Below are positions 62,418 to 64,000 of a stretch of 64,000 nt of DNA, in pieces. This stretch comes from Candidatus Cloacimonadales bacterium. GTDB taxonomy: Bacteria > Cloacimonadota > Cloacimonadia > Cloacimonadales > JAFGVF01. Under the pieces are notes generated by a model that was not told the DNA's origin, ran no database searches, and saw nothing but the letters and a program-made list of their open reading frames with translations. The stretch's first letter is position 1, and every line of letters begins with the position of its first letter. Position numbers and translations under genes: made by a program. The DNA lies in NCBI GenBank assembly GCA_963663475.2, contig CAXXJV010000001.1:1120001-1184000 (forward strand), read 5' to 3'.

Positions 62418-64000
62418 ATGAAGAAAAAGATGCTAACCTTAGTAGCTTTCTTAGTCGCTATTACCTCCATTTTTGCAGTATATGTAGAAATAGGAGATGG
62501 AGACACCACTACAAACTATATCCCTGCTTATGGGTATTATGATTATAGTTGGTCAAATTATATTTTAACTTCCGAGCAAATCGGAGACGCAATTGATATT
62601 AACGAAATTCAATTCAACGTTGGTAACACTCCAGCTAACTATGCTATGGAAAACCAACAACTTTATATGAAACTAACTACAGATACTGAAGTAGCTGTGG
62701 CTTATCCTGATCCTGAAAATAATGACTTTACTTTAGTCTTTAGTGGCTCAGTTACTTGGGATGGTGGCGGATGGCAAGGTGTAATCCTTGATACAGACTT
62801 CGCTTATGATGGTACATCAAACCTTCAAATAGTATGGGTAAATAATGACGGAAGTTATACCAACGGTTATCCAAACTTTTTAAAGACAGACACTGGAATC
62901 AATACTGCTGCCTACAAATATGCTGATGGTACTTTCCCTATAGTGGATGGAACTTCTGCTACTTACTATCCTAACACACGCTTAGGTTATACAGCTGAAG
63001 GTGCTCCTGGTTATCCAGTTCTTGTATCTCCAGTTAATAACTCTCTTAACAATGAACTTGATACTGAATTAGTTTGGACAAACGGTGAAAACACTGAATT
63101 CATCGATGTATATTTTTCTACTAATGAAGAAGATGTAGAAAATAATGAAGCTACTGCTCTTGTAGTTGACGGCCAATTAGTAAGCTCATTTGCTCCAACC
63201 TTAGAAAATGCAAGTGTTTATTACTGGAAGGTTGTTGCTTCTAACTCAACTTCAGAAATTGTGGTTGAATCAAATGTTTATGTGTTCTCAACAACTTATG
63301 GTTTAGCTGAAGTTCCTTATTCTCAAGGATTTGAAGATGTGGTTGCCCCTTCTTTACCTCTTGGCTGGATGGCATATCATGAAGGTACATCAAATTATTC
63401 ATATGTTGATGTACTTGCAGGTCAAGCTTATGAAGGCGCTAATGCATTAAGAATTGGCAACAGCTCTGATGCTGAAGGTACTTATATTGCTGTTTTACCT
63501 CAAATTGAAAATATGGGTAACAGAATGAAGTTCTGGGCAAAATGTAGCAACGACCAAGCTCAAATCATGGTTGGTTACTTGACTGATGTATCTGACCCTG
63601 CTACTTTTACTGAAATTCAAACTGTTACAGTTGCTCCTGATTATGCTTACTCTGAGCATATTGTAGAATTAGAATTACCAAGAACCGTTAGATATCTTGC
63701 TTTCAAACATGCTAATGTTGGAACATATCATACTATCTATATTGATAATGTTATGATTGAAGAAATTCCTGAAAATGAACCTACTCCAGCAACTCTTTTA
63801 ACTCCTATCGATGGGGCTACTGATGTTGCAATGAATGCTGAATTAACATGGGAATATGGCATGAATACCGTTGCTGTTAACCTTTATCTATCTGATGATA
63901 TGGCTGACGTGGCTGATCTAGTAGCAGAAGCTATGGTTGTTGAAAATCAAGATATTACCTCATATACCGCTGATTTAGCTGAATGGACTACTTATTACTG
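62418..64000 (+). CDS. Large secreted surface protein (adhesin/Fn3-like modules), 3'-truncated by the window
   Basis: AAGGAG RBS; MKKKMLTLVAFLVAITSIFA signal peptide; frame open to the window end; TTGACA at 62340. Confidence 0.88.
   Translation, partial: MKKKMLTLVAFLVAITSIFAVYVEIGDGDTTTNYIPAYGYYDYSWSNYILTSEQIGDAIDINEIQFNVGNTPANYAMENQQLYMKLTTDTEVAVAYPDPENNDFTLVFSGSVTWDGGGWQGVILDTDFAYDGTSNLQIVWVNNDGSYTNGYPNFLKTDTGINTAAYKYADGTFPIVDGTSATYYPNTRLGYTAEGAPGYPVLVSPVNNSLNNELDTELVWTNGENTEFIDVYFSTNEEDVENNEATALVVDGQLVSSFAPTLENASVYYWKVVASNSTSEIVVESNVYVFSTTYGLAEVPYSQGFEDVVAPSLPLGWMAYHEGTSNYSYVDVLAGQAYEGANALRIGNSSDAEGTYIAVLPQIENMGNRMKFWAKCSNDQAQIMVGYLTDVSDPATFTEIQTVTVAPDYAYSEHIVELELPRTVRYLAFKHANVGTYHTIYIDNVMIEEIPENEPTPATLLTPIDGATDVAMNAELTWEYGMNTVAVNLYLSDDMADVADLVAEAMVVENQDITSYTADLAEWTTYY

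Overview
AT-rich bacterial chromosome segment, most consistent with an FCB-group anaerobe such as Candidatus Cloacimonadota. This is inferred from the many FlgD-Ig/T9SS-type C-terminal domain proteins and PorV-family barrels. Almost all genes are on the + strand. In order, the window holds: two secreted/lipoprotein genes; an intact DDE insertion sequence with 18-bp terminal inverted repeats; a methyltransferase bracketed by two MITE-like elements; rlmH-small ORF-rsmG-parA-parB running into a complete Na+-type F1Fo ATP synthase operon with two c-subunit genes, one a three-hairpin fusion; an FG-GAP cargo protein; an FAD oxidoreductase; a radical SAM gene; an array of three secreted CTD proteins (one frameshifted, two a mosaic tandem duplication) ending in a perfect 41-bp palindrome; PTS IIA-porV-glyS-pta-aminotransferase-pfkB-purM-lipM; an operon of TonB-dependent receptor-exbB-exbD-exbD-tonB-cargo-porV-cargo; MATE, zupT, two DMT transporters, an orphan feoA, a cupin, mtaD, rpiB and glyA; a candidate sigma54-driven small RNA; and the 5' part of a large secreted protein. 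Intergenic DNA is rich in several MITE and REP-like families, some nested. No rRNA, tRNA or CRISPR array was seen. All calls come from reading the sequence; no database searches were run.
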